A stretch of 64,000 nucleotides of DNA from Dehalococcoidia bacterium. Lineage in GTDB: Bacteria; Chloroflexota; Dehalococcoidia; Lucifugimonadales; UBA3495. Position 1 is the stretch's first letter, and each line of letters starts with the position of its first letter. Position numbers and translations under genes: made by a program. The notes beneath the pieces are model-generated. The model searched no databases. It was not told where the DNA came from and worked only from the letters and a program-made list of their open reading frames with translations. The DNA lies in assembly GCA_963667675.1 (NCBI GenBank), contig OY763929.1:622358-686357 (forward strand), given 5' to 3'. Positions 46,359-56,006 of this stretch are shown here, in pieces.

Positions 46359-47474
46359 TTACGAAGGACTAGCCTGCCGCCGCCCCGACTCTGCCGAGGG
46401 CTTCCCGGACAGTAGTTTTTTGGCTTCATCGATGGAGGGATTGGGCGATGGATCTATGCCTCGGAGCAAAGCCAGGTAATAGCTTACATAGTCGCCCAGA
46501 ATCAGCATGTTCATAAGCTGGCTAAGCGGCGGCCCTTCATCTGCTTGCAGCCTATGGCATAAGATATTGTTGCGCTCAAGGAGCTCTGCGACAACCGCGT
46601 AGCGCTGCTGTTGGCCGCGGTCGAGACCGTGGGGTTCCAGCAGCAGGGCCACAGCCCGTTCCTTAATGGAAAATGTGGTGGGGAACGCTTCCACCGAGTT
46701 GTGCAGCATTTCAGGAATGGTCTCATAGTAGGCCCAGGCTTTGGCGTTCTCGTTGAACTGCGATTTCCAGCGGCGGGCTACGCCCTCGAACAGGCCGCCG
46801 CCGTACACCAGAATCAGCCTGTCTCTCAGCCCCATCGCCAGCTGCTTCGCCGGGTTTTCCGCCGTCGGGACGTCCTCCTTCAGGACGGCGATCTTCCGGC
46901 AAAGGGACTCCAAGGTCAGGTCGACCTCGACGTCGGTCAAGGGCAACAGCCCCAGCCGTTCCAGAACGCCAAGCAGGAGCATCAGGTTGTAGCCCACCGC
47001 GGAGCGGGGCTCCATCGGCGCCTCAATGCTAAGCATAGCCGCCGAGTCCCGCCGGGCTTTTGCCGCCAAGGCGCCGCCGCCGGTTATGGCTGCCGCTCTG
47101 GCCGGACTTTTGCGCACCTGGTCCCAAAGGGAAAGGGTCTCTTTGGTGTTGCCGGAATAGCTGCAGGCAATAAACAACGTCCGTTCAGACATATAGTGCG
47201 GCAGGGCCAAGTCCCTCACAACCAGTACCGGAACGCTGCCCCTAGCCGCCGCCAGACCCGCGGCCAGGTCTCCGGCGATGGCCGACCCGCCTACGCCGCC
47301 GATAATCACCTTGTCGCTATCAGCCCAGTCACTTGGCAAAGGAGCGGTCCTCGCCTGCCGCCAGGCCGCCAGGCAATGGCTCGGAAGGTCCCTGAGCCGT
47401 TTCCGGAGACCCGAGGGGTCCAGTTCAGGATATATTTCCGGGTCGTCGAGATTATGTTGCATTTGTCGAGGCAT
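46359..47474 (-). CDS. Bifunctional phosphoglucose/phosphomannose isomerase (SIS domain)
   Basis: It has SIS motifs (IGGVGGSAIAGD, ACSYSGNTKET). The start was set at ATG 47474. The upstream extension in the track is Arg/Pro-rich and implausible. Confidence 0.8.
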   Translation of the reverse strand: MPRQMQHNLDDPEIYPELDPSGLRKRLRDLPSHCLAAWRQARTAPLPSDWADSDKVIIGGVGGSAIAGDLAAGLAAARGSVPVLVVRDLALPHYMSERTLFIACSYSGNTKETLSLWDQVRKSPARAAAITGGGALAAKARRDSAAMLSIEAPMEPRSAVGYNLMLLLGVLERLGLLPLTDVEVDLTLESLCRKIAVLKEDVPTAENPAKQLAMGLRDRLILVYGGGLFEGVARRWKSQFNENAKAWAYYETIPEMLHNSVEAFPTTFSIKERAVALLLEPHGLDRGQQQRYAVVAELLERNNILCHRLQADEGPPLSQLMNMLILGDYVSYYLALLRGIDPSPNPSIDEAKKLLSGKPSAESGRRQASPS

Positions 47475-47881
47475 AGTATCGCTGGTTAGAACCTTGCTCC
47501 AACGCCATCGGCAGCGCCGGTGCCTAACGTCCCACGGAGATTCGTCACCGTGCGGCCGGCCGCCGGGGTGTAATGCAGGCCCGCGCATCTGTGGGCATCT
47601 TCCAGCGGCCATTATATCCCGTCCTCTGGCCCGCTCCAACTTTGGAGACGAGGAGAGGCGAGGCATTGAAGAAGCGGCCCCTCCAGGCCGGCGGTTGTCT
47701 TGACTTTGCATAGGCCACTATCTAGAATCTCCCAAGATTCAGGTGGGCGGCACTGCGCCGTGAAGTAGACGGAATTGCCAACGTTACTCCTCTTCCGCTG
47801 TGATGCCGTCAGCTTCCCGTTAACTCCCCTCATGCAGACCAAGACAGACTTTCATGCCGGTTTACCGGGGTGCGTTGGTCG

Positions 47882-49261
47882 ATGACAATAAGGAAACTCG
47901 GCGACGCGTTGCTCAGGCGCCCGGCAGCCAGATCCCTGCTCCTGCTGCTCATGCCGGGCCTCTCACTGAAGCGCTGGCTATGCCTTGGGATAATCGGCCT
48001 TGCGGCCGTCACCAGCGGCGTAATATTTGCCCTCGAACTGTCGCTGGGCCCGGACTTTAACTCCTTCATCGATACGCTGAGCCTTCGCGACGCGGCCCCC
48101 GCGGTTCGGGGAGTGGTGTTCGTTGTTGTTGGCGTTGCCGCCATCGGCATTGCAGTTTCCGGCCTGGCGGCCTCCCCCGCGGCAGCCCGCTTGCGAGAAC
48201 GCCGGGGCAACTTCCTGGACTCTTTGTACGTCGAGCGGGTGCTGAGCGGCGGACCAAAGGTCGTCGCAATTGGCGGCGGCAGCGGCCTGCCCAACCTGCT
48301 CCGAGGACTGAAGCACTACACCACCAACCTCACCGCCTTGGTCACCGTGGCAGACGACGGCGGCAGCTCGGGCAGGCTGCGTTCCGAACTGGGGATGCTT
48401 CCCCCCGGCGATATCCGCAACTGCCTGGTCGCCCTGGCGGATTCAGAAGCCGTGATGCAAGAGCTGATGGACTACCGTTTCTCCACCAACGGGCAGTTGG
48501 ACGGGCACAGCTTCGGCAACATACTGATCGCGGCGTTGGCCAGCATCGGTGGCGATTTCTACAAGGGCGTCGAGGCTGCCGGAAGGCTGCTGGCCGTCCG
48601 CGGCAGGGTGATTCCCTCCACGTTCACTGACGTTACCCTGGTGGGCAGCACCGTATCCGGAAGGCAACTGATCGGGGAGTCCAGCATCGGCACGTCCGCA
48701 GAGCGGCTGCGGTCCTTGGCGCTGGCTCCATCCGATGCTCCGGGGCATCCCGACGCCGTCAAGGCCATCGAAGAAGCGGACCTGATTATCTTGGGCCCAG
48801 GCAGCCTCTTTACCAGCATCGCACCCAACCTCCTGGTTCAGGACATTTCAAGCGCCATCTCGCGGTCCAGAGCGTTGAAGATGTACATCTGCAATGTCGC
48901 CGGCGAGCCCGGCGCCACCGTGGGATACTCGGTCGCAGACCACCTGAACGTCGTCCGCCACTATATCGGCGAAGCAGTACACGTCGTTATCGCCAACAGC
49001 AACGTTGCCCAGTCCGGCGACTCCGACGCCCTTGAACTGGTGCCCCACCAGGCTGGCTGGGACGACGATGCCATTTACCTTTCGGCGGATGTCATCGACG
49101 AGGAACAGCCCACGCGGCATGATCCAGACCGGCTCGCGTCCGCCATCAGTGAGGCCTATCAGAAGCACAGGGGCAAACGTCGCAGCGTGCCCCGCCTACG
49201 CCGCTACCTGCAGCAGCCCCAGTTTCAAGCCGATGGTTCCCGCCGTCTAAAGGTCGGATAA
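47882..49261 (+). CDS. YvcK/CofD-superfamily protein (gluconeogenesis factor family) with an N-terminal membrane extension
   Basis: It contains VAIGGGSGLPNLLRGLK…ALVTVADDGGSSGRLR, preceded by about 100 aa with hydrophobic helices. An alternative start is GTG 47870. Confidence 0.8.
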   Translation: MTIRKLGDALLRRPAARSLLLLLMPGLSLKRWLCLGIIGLAAVTSGVIFALELSLGPDFNSFIDTLSLRDAAPAVRGVVFVVVGVAAIGIAVSGLAASPAAARLRERRGNFLDSLYVERVLSGGPKVVAIGGGSGLPNLLRGLKHYTTNLTALVTVADDGGSSGRLRSELGMLPPGDIRNCLVALADSEAVMQELMDYRFSTNGQLDGHSFGNILIAALASIGGDFYKGVEAAGRLLAVRGRVIPSTFTDVTLVGSTVSGRQLIGESSIGTSAERLRSLALAPSDAPGHPDAVKAIEEADLIILGPGSLFTSIAPNLLVQDISSAISRSRALKMYICNVAGEPGATVGYSVADHLNVVRHYIGEAVHVVIANSNVAQSGDSDALELVPHQAGWDDDAIYLSADVIDEEQPTRHDPDRLASAISEAYQKHRGKRRSVPRLRRYLQQPQFQADGSRRLKVG

Positions 49262-49341
49262 TCGTCAATCGACTACACTCTATGGGGTTGGGCGCTCCGT
49301 CCAACCGGGCCAGTCCCCTGGTCAATGCAGGGTGAAACAGA

Positions 49342-50118
49342 TTGTCTGCTCGGGTAACACGGGCGCCCCCGGAGAGACCAGGACCACCGCATCTTTCCCT
49401 GGTCATCCCCACCTACAACGAGGCGGAAAACCTGCCCCGGTTAGTTGAGCGGGTATACAACGCGTTGGAAGGTTACAGCTTCGAGCTTATCGTCGTGGAC
49501 GACGACAGCCCCGACGGCACCGCAGCGGTTGCCAACGAGCTTAGCCGTGACTTTCCCCTGAAGCTGGTGGTCAGAACCGGCCAGCGGGCCCTGGCAACGG
49601 CGGTGCTTGCCGGATTCCACCGCGCAACCGGCCGGGTCCTGGGCGTGATGGACGCCGACCTTCAACACCCCCCGGAATACCTCACTCAAATACTGGCGGC
49701 CATCGACCAGGGATTTGACCTGGTAATCGCCAGCCGCTACAGCCAAGGCGGAGCCGACCAAGGCAGCATTGTCCGTAGATGCATGTCCAAGTCGGCGGCC
49801 CTGCTGACCAGGACAGTCGTCAGTCCCGCCAGAAAGACTCCCGACCCCCTCTCCGGGTTCTTCCTGCTGCGCAGAGAGGTCGTGGACGGCGTGGAGTTGA
49901 AGCTGGTGGGCTACAAGATACTCTTGGAGGTGCTTGTCCGGGGTAAAGCCCGCCAGGTTACTTCCCTGCCCTATGCATTTGAGCGGCGGCTGGCAGGCAA
50001 TAGCAAGTTCAATTTGAATGAGCAGGTGAGGTCTTTGGTGCACATACTGCGGCTGGCGTTTGCCGGACTCCGGCGCGGGGACCTGTTCAGCCGGGTTGAG
50101 AGAAAGGGGGACGGCTAA
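49342..50118 (+). CDS. GT2 glycosyltransferase (polyprenol-phosphate mannose/glucose synthase-like)
   Basis: It has LSLVIPTYNEAENL, VVDDDSPDGT and DADLQHPP motifs. The start is TTG as given in the track. Confidence 0.8.
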   Translation: MSARVTRAPPERPGPPHLSLVIPTYNEAENLPRLVERVYNALEGYSFELIVVDDDSPDGTAAVANELSRDFPLKLVVRTGQRALATAVLAGFHRATGRVLGVMDADLQHPPEYLTQILAAIDQGFDLVIASRYSQGGADQGSIVRRCMSKSAALLTRTVVSPARKTPDPLSGFFLLRREVVDGVELKLVGYKILLEVLVRGKARQVTSLPYAFERRLAGNSKFNLNEQVRSLVHILRLAFAGLRRGDLFSRVERKGDG

Positions 50119-50141
50119 CCTGCAGCCCCGGAGGCAACCCC

Positions 50142-50612
50142 CTAGGCGCCGCCGTCAACGGCCCGGCGTTCCATCATCGAGACCTTGTCCAGACGCCGGA
50201 GATGGCGCTCTTCCCCGCTGAACCGGGCCTCCAGGAAAGCCGTCGCCAGCTCCTTGGCCACCTCGATCCCCACTACCCTGCCTCCCAGGCACAGCACGTT
50301 CATCTTGTCGTGTTCGACACCCTGGTGGGCTGAATAGACGTCGTGACAGACCGAAGCCCGTATCCCCGGCACCTTGTTCGCCGCTACCGAAGCTCCAACT
50401 CCGCTCCCGCAGATTAGTATCCCCCGCTCCGCCTGGCCCGACGCCACCGCCTGCGCTGCCGCATCCACGAAGTCTGGGTAGTCATCGTCCGGGTCCAGGC
50501 CGTGGGCGCCCAAGTCCATGACTTGATATCCCCGGGACTGCAGCCACGGGGCCAACTCGGCCTTCAACGGAAACCCGCCGTGGTCCGCCGCCAACGCTAC
50601 GACCCGACTCAT
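50142..50612 (-). CDS. rpiB: Ribose-5-phosphate isomerase B
   Basis: It has the RpiB/LacAB pattern ADHGGFPLK…ICGSGVG…. Confidence 0.9.
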   Translation of the reverse strand: MSRVVALAADHGGFPLKAELAPWLQSRGYQVMDLGAHGLDPDDDYPDFVDAAAQAVASGQAERGILICGSGVGASVAANKVPGIRASVCHDVYSAHQGVEHDKMNVLCLGGRVVGIEVAKELATAFLEARFSGEERHLRRLDKVSMMERRAVDGGA

Positions 50613-50693
50613 TTCTCAACTCCCGGTCTTAAGGTCCCGGATGCACCAGGTTGCTTCACTCCATTATACCCTTGCAGCGTACGCCCCCCTATG

Positions 50694-51194
50694 TCAAAAT
50701 CGTTCCCAGTGAACAATATCCTCCATGGGGACCCGCGGAGTTCCCTGGCGTTTCACCCCCTCGTCTCGATAGCCGAAGGGCAGCACCGTTATCAACTCCA
50801 TCGATTCCGGGATGTTCAATAGCTCTTTGACCGTCCGCTGTTGCTCCGGGTCGCGAACACCCACGAAGCACATGCCGATGCCCTGGGCCCACGCCATTAG
50901 CTCCATTTGTTGCAGCGCCCTGCCCGCGTCCAACTGGGGTCTGGGCGCGTCGTCCATGACCACCGCGATGGCCAGGGGCGCTTGGCCGATGAACGTGCCC
51001 TGGGTGGCGATCTCTCCCAGGGTCGCCAGGGTTTCCCTGTCTTGGACTACGACGAAGTGCCACTTCTGCGTGTTGCTGGAGCTTGGCGCCCAACGGGCTG
51101 CCTGGAGAATCTTGTACAGGGCCTCCTCGGGAATCGCGTCGGGCTTGTAGTCACGCACCGTGCGCCGTGTGCGGATGCATTCGTAAACGTCCAT
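50694..51194 (-). CDS. Nitroreductase-family protein
   Basis: It begins RRTVRDYK…A.RWAPSSSNTQ.W, which is the characteristic nitroreductase N-terminal motif. Confidence 0.8.
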   Translation of the reverse strand: MDVYECIRTRRTVRDYKPDAIPEEALYKILQAARWAPSSSNTQKWHFVVVQDRETLATLGEIATQGTFIGQAPLAIAVVMDDAPRPQLDAGRALQQMELMAWAQGIGMCFVGVRDPEQQRTVKELLNIPESMELITVLPFGYRDEGVKRQGTPRVPMEDIVHWERF

Positions 51195-51235
51195 TGCTCC
51201 TAACCTCGTCGATGCTTCTCAGTATCCCGTGGGGC

Positions 51236-51793
51236 CTAGATGGGCAACTCCTTCTCCGTCCTCTCCTCCGGCAGTCCAACCCCGAATGCATTCACGTTGA
51301 AAGCCAGCATGGCGTAGCAACCCATCAGGTTGGTGAGCTCGATCAGGCCCAGGACCCCGAACTGGTCCAGCGCAGCATCGAATGCCGCCTGGCTCACCCG
51401 GCGGGTGCGAAAGAACTCCCTGCCGTAGTCAACTACCGCGGCCTCGTCGAGGGCCAGCCCGGAAAGCTCCCTGTTGTCCCTGAGGGCGTCTACTATGTCG
51501 TCCCGCAGACCCGCGGCCCTGGCCGGCGGAGCGTGGGCGTTCCAGATGTACTGGCAATTATTTTCCCGAGCCGTCAAGATCATCGCCAGTTCCCTGATGC
51601 GCGGCGAGAGGGACGTTTTCGACCGCATGAACAAGGCCAGGCCTCCCACTCGCAGCGCCACCTCCGGCGCGTTCAGCAGCACCGAGCCGGGCCCGCCCGC
51701 GGGTATCCCGCCTCGCCGCTCCACCACCTGATCGAACGCGGACCTCTGACTTGCAGGGACGCTGTCTCTCGTTACCGCGGGTACTCTGGCCAT
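51236..51793 (-). CDS. Carboxymuconolactone decarboxylase (AhpD-like) family protein
   Basis: The size and helical pattern are typical of the CMD family. The call rests on moderate similarity only. Confidence 0.7.
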   Translation of the reverse strand: MARVPAVTRDSVPASQRSAFDQVVERRGGIPAGGPGSVLLNAPEVALRVGGLALFMRSKTSLSPRIRELAMILTARENNCQYIWNAHAPPARAAGLRDDIVDALRDNRELSGLALDEAAVVDYGREFFRTRRVSQAAFDAALDQFGVLGLIELTNLMGCYAMLAFNVNAFGVGLPEERTEKELPI

Positions 51794-51880
51794 TTCGTCC
51801 TCCCCCTATAGTCCAAGACTGGATGCGATAGCCCGCGGCGCAAGTAGCAAGGCCCGTCCGGTGACTTGTTTCCTGCTCCG

Positions 51881-52846
51881 CTAGGCCAGGGACTGGGCTA
51901 CTTGGCCCAACAGCCTCAGCGTGCGGTCCAGGGCGGGCGGCTTGTCATCCCCCGCCAGCACCGGGGTCACCATGATTTCGGCCGCCCCCATGTCGAGCAA
52001 CTCCCGCAGGCGATCGCCGATACGCGCTTCGTCCCCGTGCACCAGCAGCCCGTCGATCATTGCGTCGCTCCAGGTCCCATCGGACGCCTCTGGATAACCC
52101 GCAGCTTCCATCATGCGTTGGTAATAGGGCAGGGTCAGGGTGCCGGCGTGGTCTGCTCGGAATGCGGCCCGGGCCTCTTTCGCGTTGTCGTGCAGGCACA
52201 CCGGGGTGTGTACGATTAGCGGAGGCACAAGCCGTCCTGCTTCTTCTGCGCCCTGGGCCATGGCGGGCAGGCCGACGTCTCGCAGGTAATCGTGGGGGCA
52301 TATCCAGGTGATGGCCCCGTCCGCCTCGGCGCCGGACAGCGCAAACGACCCCTTCTGCAGGGCCGACACCATGACCGGAACATCCACCGGCTCCGGGATA
52401 GTCTCGTGGGCCTGGTAGTATTCTCCGTCCAGGTCCACCTTGCCTTCCTGCAGCAGCGCCTTCAGTATCCTCACGTACTCCCGGAGGTGGCCCATGGGAC
52501 TCCGTAGATCGATCCCCATTTGCTCCATCAGAGGCCGGTGGCTGGGCCCGATTCCCAACCTGAACCGCCCCGGCGCCAGTTGCGCCGCCACCTGTACTTG
52601 CTGCGCCATTACCAGTGGGTGCCGGGGATAAGTCGGCACAATGGCGGTGCCCAACATGATGTCCCGCGTGCGGGCCGCGACCGCCGCCAAAGTGGTGATG
52701 CCGTCGATACGCGCCCCGTCGGTGGGCACCCAAGCCGCTTGAATGCCCAAGTGCTCAGCCCACTCGATATCCGTCTGGATTTCAGCAGCCTTCTTGCCCG
52801 ATAAGAAGAGTCCTATTCTCTTTTGGTCTGTTCCTGAGTTTTGCAT
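51881..52846 (-). CDS. LLM-class (luciferase-like) F420/flavin-dependent oxidoreductase
   Basis: It has a TIM-barrel LLM pattern (GTAIVPTYPRHP…RFRLGIGPSH). Confidence 0.85.
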   Translation of the reverse strand: MQNSGTDQKRIGLFLSGKKAAEIQTDIEWAEHLGIQAAWVPTDGARIDGITTLAAVAARTRDIMLGTAIVPTYPRHPLVMAQQVQVAAQLAPGRFRLGIGPSHRPLMEQMGIDLRSPMGHLREYVRILKALLQEGKVDLDGEYYQAHETIPEPVDVPVMVSALQKGSFALSGAEADGAITWICPHDYLRDVGLPAMAQGAEEAGRLVPPLIVHTPVCLHDNAKEARAAFRADHAGTLTLPYYQRMMEAAGYPEASDGTWSDAMIDGLLVHGDEARIGDRLRELLDMGAAEIMVTPVLAGDDKPPALDRTLRLLGQVAQSLA

Positions 52847-53068
52847 CTATCTCAAATCCGCAATCAGCAGTTGGGGATGTATGAGTCCAATCCGTTCAAC
52901 ACCCGCCAGGGCACAGCAAATCACGAAGCCGCGGCACCTGTCAAGAAGATGTGCACAGCCAGCCTACGGCACGTGAGCAGTTTGCCGCCTGCGTTGAGCG
53001 TCAGCCTGGTGGCAACTACAATGGACGCGTTAACTTCGGACAAACCTTTCTTGCGTGGAGGCCGGGAA

Positions 53069-53884
53069 ATGTCGGCAGTCCAGCGGTGGAACTCCATGGT
53101 CGAGGCCGAGCACGCCCAGTCGGAGCGGATGCGCCGTCACGAGCCGCCGCCCGCCGACCACTGGCAGGCCCACGCCCACCGGTTCAAGCCCGATGCCCGG
53201 GATGCCAACGACCCATTGCTGGAACGGCTGAAACGGGAGTTGCGACCCGACCGCACCCTCACGGACGTCGGCGCCGGCGCCGGCAGGCTGTGCCTCCCCC
53301 TGTCATCTCACTGCCGCCAAGTAGTCGCCGTGGAGCCGTCCCCAAGCATGGTCCAAGTCCTCGGCCAACAGGTGGCCGACCTGTCCATCCGTAACGTGTC
53401 GGTAATGCAGGCAACGTGGGAAGATTCCTCGGTAGACCCTGCCGACATAGTTCTTTGCTGCCACGTCGTGTACGTGGTGAAAGAGATCGAGGGGTTCGTT
53501 AGGAAGCTGGAGGCCCACGCTCGCGACAAGGTCTTGGTGGCGCTGTTTGATTCATCTCCCCAGGCGTCCGTATACCCAATTTGGAAGCGGGTCCATGGGG
53601 AGGACAGGCTTCCCCTGCCAGCCCTGCCCGAGTTTCTGGAGGTCTTGGCCGAGTTGGGCATCGACCCTGAGGTGGAAATGCTGCCGCCCCAGCAGGCCCG
53701 CGGCTTCGACAACCGCGGCCACGCCCTGGAAGAACTGTCCCGCCGCCTTTACTTGGCCCCAGGTAGCGGGGAGATGGCTGACCTGGAACGAATATTGCCT
53801 GACCTGCTGGAAGAAGTAGACGGCGCCCTGACGATTAAGGGTTCCCAACCCCACCAGCCTGCCCTCGTGTCCTGGCGTCCCTGA
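53069..53884 (+). CDS. Class I SAM-dependent methyltransferase
   Basis: It has motif I, LTDVGAGAGRL. GGAG precedes ATG 53069 by 8 nt. The longer ORF in the track overlaps the divergent gene. Confidence 0.7.
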   Translation: MSAVQRWNSMVEAEHAQSERMRRHEPPPADHWQAHAHRFKPDARDANDPLLERLKRELRPDRTLTDVGAGAGRLCLPLSSHCRQVVAVEPSPSMVQVLGQQVADLSIRNVSVMQATWEDSSVDPADIVLCCHVVYVVKEIEGFVRKLEAHARDKVLVALFDSSPQASVYPIWKRVHGEDRLPLPALPEFLEVLAELGIDPEVEMLPPQQARGFDNRGHALEELSRRLYLAPGSGEMADLERILPDLLEEVDGALTIKGSQPHQPALVSWRP

Positions 53885-53941
53885 TATCGACCCAGTCCGC
53901 GTTGTCTAACCACTGGAAACATCGGATTAAGGAGGAACAGC

Positions 53942-54436
53942 ATGCCGGCACAACCATCACCTGACTTGGAGTCCAGGCTCAGAGATCTGGAAGAGCGGCT
54001 ACAAGTAGTAGAGGACGTTCAAGCCATCCGGAACTTGAAAGCGGCCTACGCCGCCTATTGCGACGACGGCTACGACGCGGACAAAATCGCCGAGCTGTTT
54101 GTCGAGGGCGCAGTTTGGCAGAACGACGCGAGGGGCAGGATTGAGGGACGCGAGGCTATCCGGGCTCTATTCCAGACCGCCTCGCAAAGCTATAGCTTCG
54201 CCATCCACTACAGCTTGAATCCCCAGATAGAAGTCACCGGGGACACCGCCCGCGCCAAGTGGTACCTGTTCATGCCGTGCACCGCAGCCGACGGAAACCA
54301 GGCATTGTGGAGGGCCAGCATCGACAACGAGGAGTATGTACGCGTCGACGGCAAATGGAGGTTCAAGAGCAAGGTTGCGACGGCGGTCCTCAGCAGCCCT
54401 TTCGAGCAGAGCTGGGCCCAGGCCCGGAACGCCTAA
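53942..54436 (+). CDS. SnoaL-like / NTF2-family protein
   Basis: The 164-aa ORF has an N-terminal coiled LE.RL…D..AI.NL motif followed by an NTF2-like fold pattern. Confidence 0.65.
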   Translation: MPAQPSPDLESRLRDLEERLQVVEDVQAIRNLKAAYAAYCDDGYDADKIAELFVEGAVWQNDARGRIEGREAIRALFQTASQSYSFAIHYSLNPQIEVTGDTARAKWYLFMPCTAADGNQALWRASIDNEEYVRVDGKWRFKSKVATAVLSSPFEQSWAQARNA

Positions 54437-55281
54437 AGCCCCTTGAACGACGGCGCCCTCTTCTCCAGGAACGCGTCCCGCGCCTCCCTGGCGTCCTCAG
54501 AAGTGCCCAGGATGCCGCCGGCGTTGGAGGTCAACACCATTGTCCCTTCGAGGGTGCTGTCCACGGCCGCCCGCATGATTCGCTTGCCCACCCACTGCAC
54601 CAGCGGAGGCGTCCGAATGATGCGGGTGCACAACTCCCTGGTCTTCTCCTCCAATTCCTCAGAAGACACCAGGTAGTTCAGCAACCCCCAATCGTAGGCC
54701 CGCTGGGCGTCCAGGTGCCCGGTGTAAGCGAACTCCAACGCCCTGCCCAGGCCGGCCATCTTAGGCAGGTAGTAGCTGCCGCCGTTTTCTATGATTTGCC
54801 CTAGCTGCTGGTAGCCGATGAACCGGGTGTTCTCGCACCCCAGGCGGATGTCGCAGTGCAGCGCCATGTCCATACCCGACCCTACGGCGGGACCGTTGAT
54901 CATGGCAATCGTCGGCTTTCTTATGTGGGATATGTCCTTGTGCAGCTTGGTGAACCCGTGGTAGAAGAACTGACGCGTCCTGTCCGGCCCTTCTCCAGCG
55001 CCCCGGTTTCCGGGAAATAGCTCCCCCTTGACCTCTGCCGGCACGTCTCCCTTCATGTCCGCGCCCGAGCAAAAGCCCCGGCCCACTCCCGTCAGCACGA
55101 TGACTCGGACGTCCGGGTCGTCGTCGCCGGCCCGCATGTACTCGCCAACCTTGGCCACGGTGCCGTTCTCTTCGGAATTGCCGATCAACGCGTTCATCCG
55201 TTCCGGCCGGTTGAACTTGATCCACAGGATGCCAGATTCTTCTTTTTCATACAGGAGATGGTCCACCAGCTTAGGTCCCAT
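54433..55281 (-). CDS. Enoyl-CoA hydratase/isomerase (crotonase) family protein
   Basis: It contains ILWIKFNRPERMNAL…GRGFCSGADM…INGPAVGSG. The start was set at ATG 55281. Confidence 0.85.
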   Translation of the reverse strand: MGPKLVDHLLYEKEESGILWIKFNRPERMNALIGNSEENGTVAKVGEYMRAGDDDPDVRVIVLTGVGRGFCSGADMKGDVPAEVKGELFPGNRGAGEGPDRTRQFFYHGFTKLHKDISHIRKPTIAMINGPAVGSGMDMALHCDIRLGCENTRFIGYQQLGQIIENGGSYYLPKMAGLGRALEFAYTGHLDAQRAYDWGLLNYLVSSEELEEKTRELCTRIIRTPPLVQWVGKRIMRAAVDSTLEGTMVLTSNAGGILGTSEDAREARDAFLEKRAPSFKGL

Positions 55282-55412
55282 TTTGTTCCTCTCTATTGAT
55301 TTCGCATAGGTCGCCCAGGTTAAACGTGGGGTATTGCCTGCGGCTCCGCGTCGGAGTCGTTCCCGGATTCCCGCAATGGGTTTCTCTGTACCGGAAGCCC
55401 AGGCGCGGTGTG

Positions 55413-55904
55413 TTAGGCGCCGGCGGCCGCCTGTTGGGCCAGTTCCGCGTCCCAAGGACCCGGCATCCGGCCCTTCTCGGTGGTCCTTTGGCCCTGCACC
55501 CGCCCCCACTTCTCCGGAGGCAGTTCATACGAGACCTCGACGCCGTTGCCATCCGGGTCGCGGATGTAGATGCCAATGGAAAGGCCGTGGTCGGACACCC
55601 GCTCGATGGGGATGTTCTTCTCTTTGATTCGGTAGTAAAGCTCTTTCAGGTCGTCCAGGCTCTCCATGTACCAGGCCATGTGGTTCAAGCCCACCTGTCC
55701 CCTCTGCTGCAAGGGAGCGTCGTCGCCAACTTCCATCAGCGCAATCTCGTGGGAGATATCCAGGTCGGCCGACATGAAGGCCGCCGAGCCGGGCTCGAAA
55801 ATGTACGTGTGCAGCCCCAGCAGGTCCTCATACCAGCCTTTAGAACGCTCCACGTTGCGGACGTACACGTTGATGTGGCCCAGGGTCTTTGGCTTGTAAG
55901 TCAT
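55413..55904 (-). CDS. VOC (glyoxalase/dioxygenase) family protein
   Basis: It contains LGHINVYVRNVERSKGWYEDLLGL and later HMAW…, which is a VOC fold. Confidence 0.8.
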   Translation of the reverse strand: MTYKPKTLGHINVYVRNVERSKGWYEDLLGLHTYIFEPGSAAFMSADLDISHEIALMEVGDDAPLQQRGQVGLNHMAWYMESLDDLKELYYRIKEKNIPIERVSDHGLSIGIYIRDPDGNGVEVSYELPPEKWGRVQGQRTTEKGRMPGPWDAELAQQAAAGA

Positions 55905-56006
55905 GATTTCCCTCCCTTGGCGGGCTTTGCCTCACGTCGGCCAAGCTATCACAATCACCAACCCCGCGCAAGCAAAAGTGGAACCCTGCCTGGGTGGACC
56001 TGCCGG

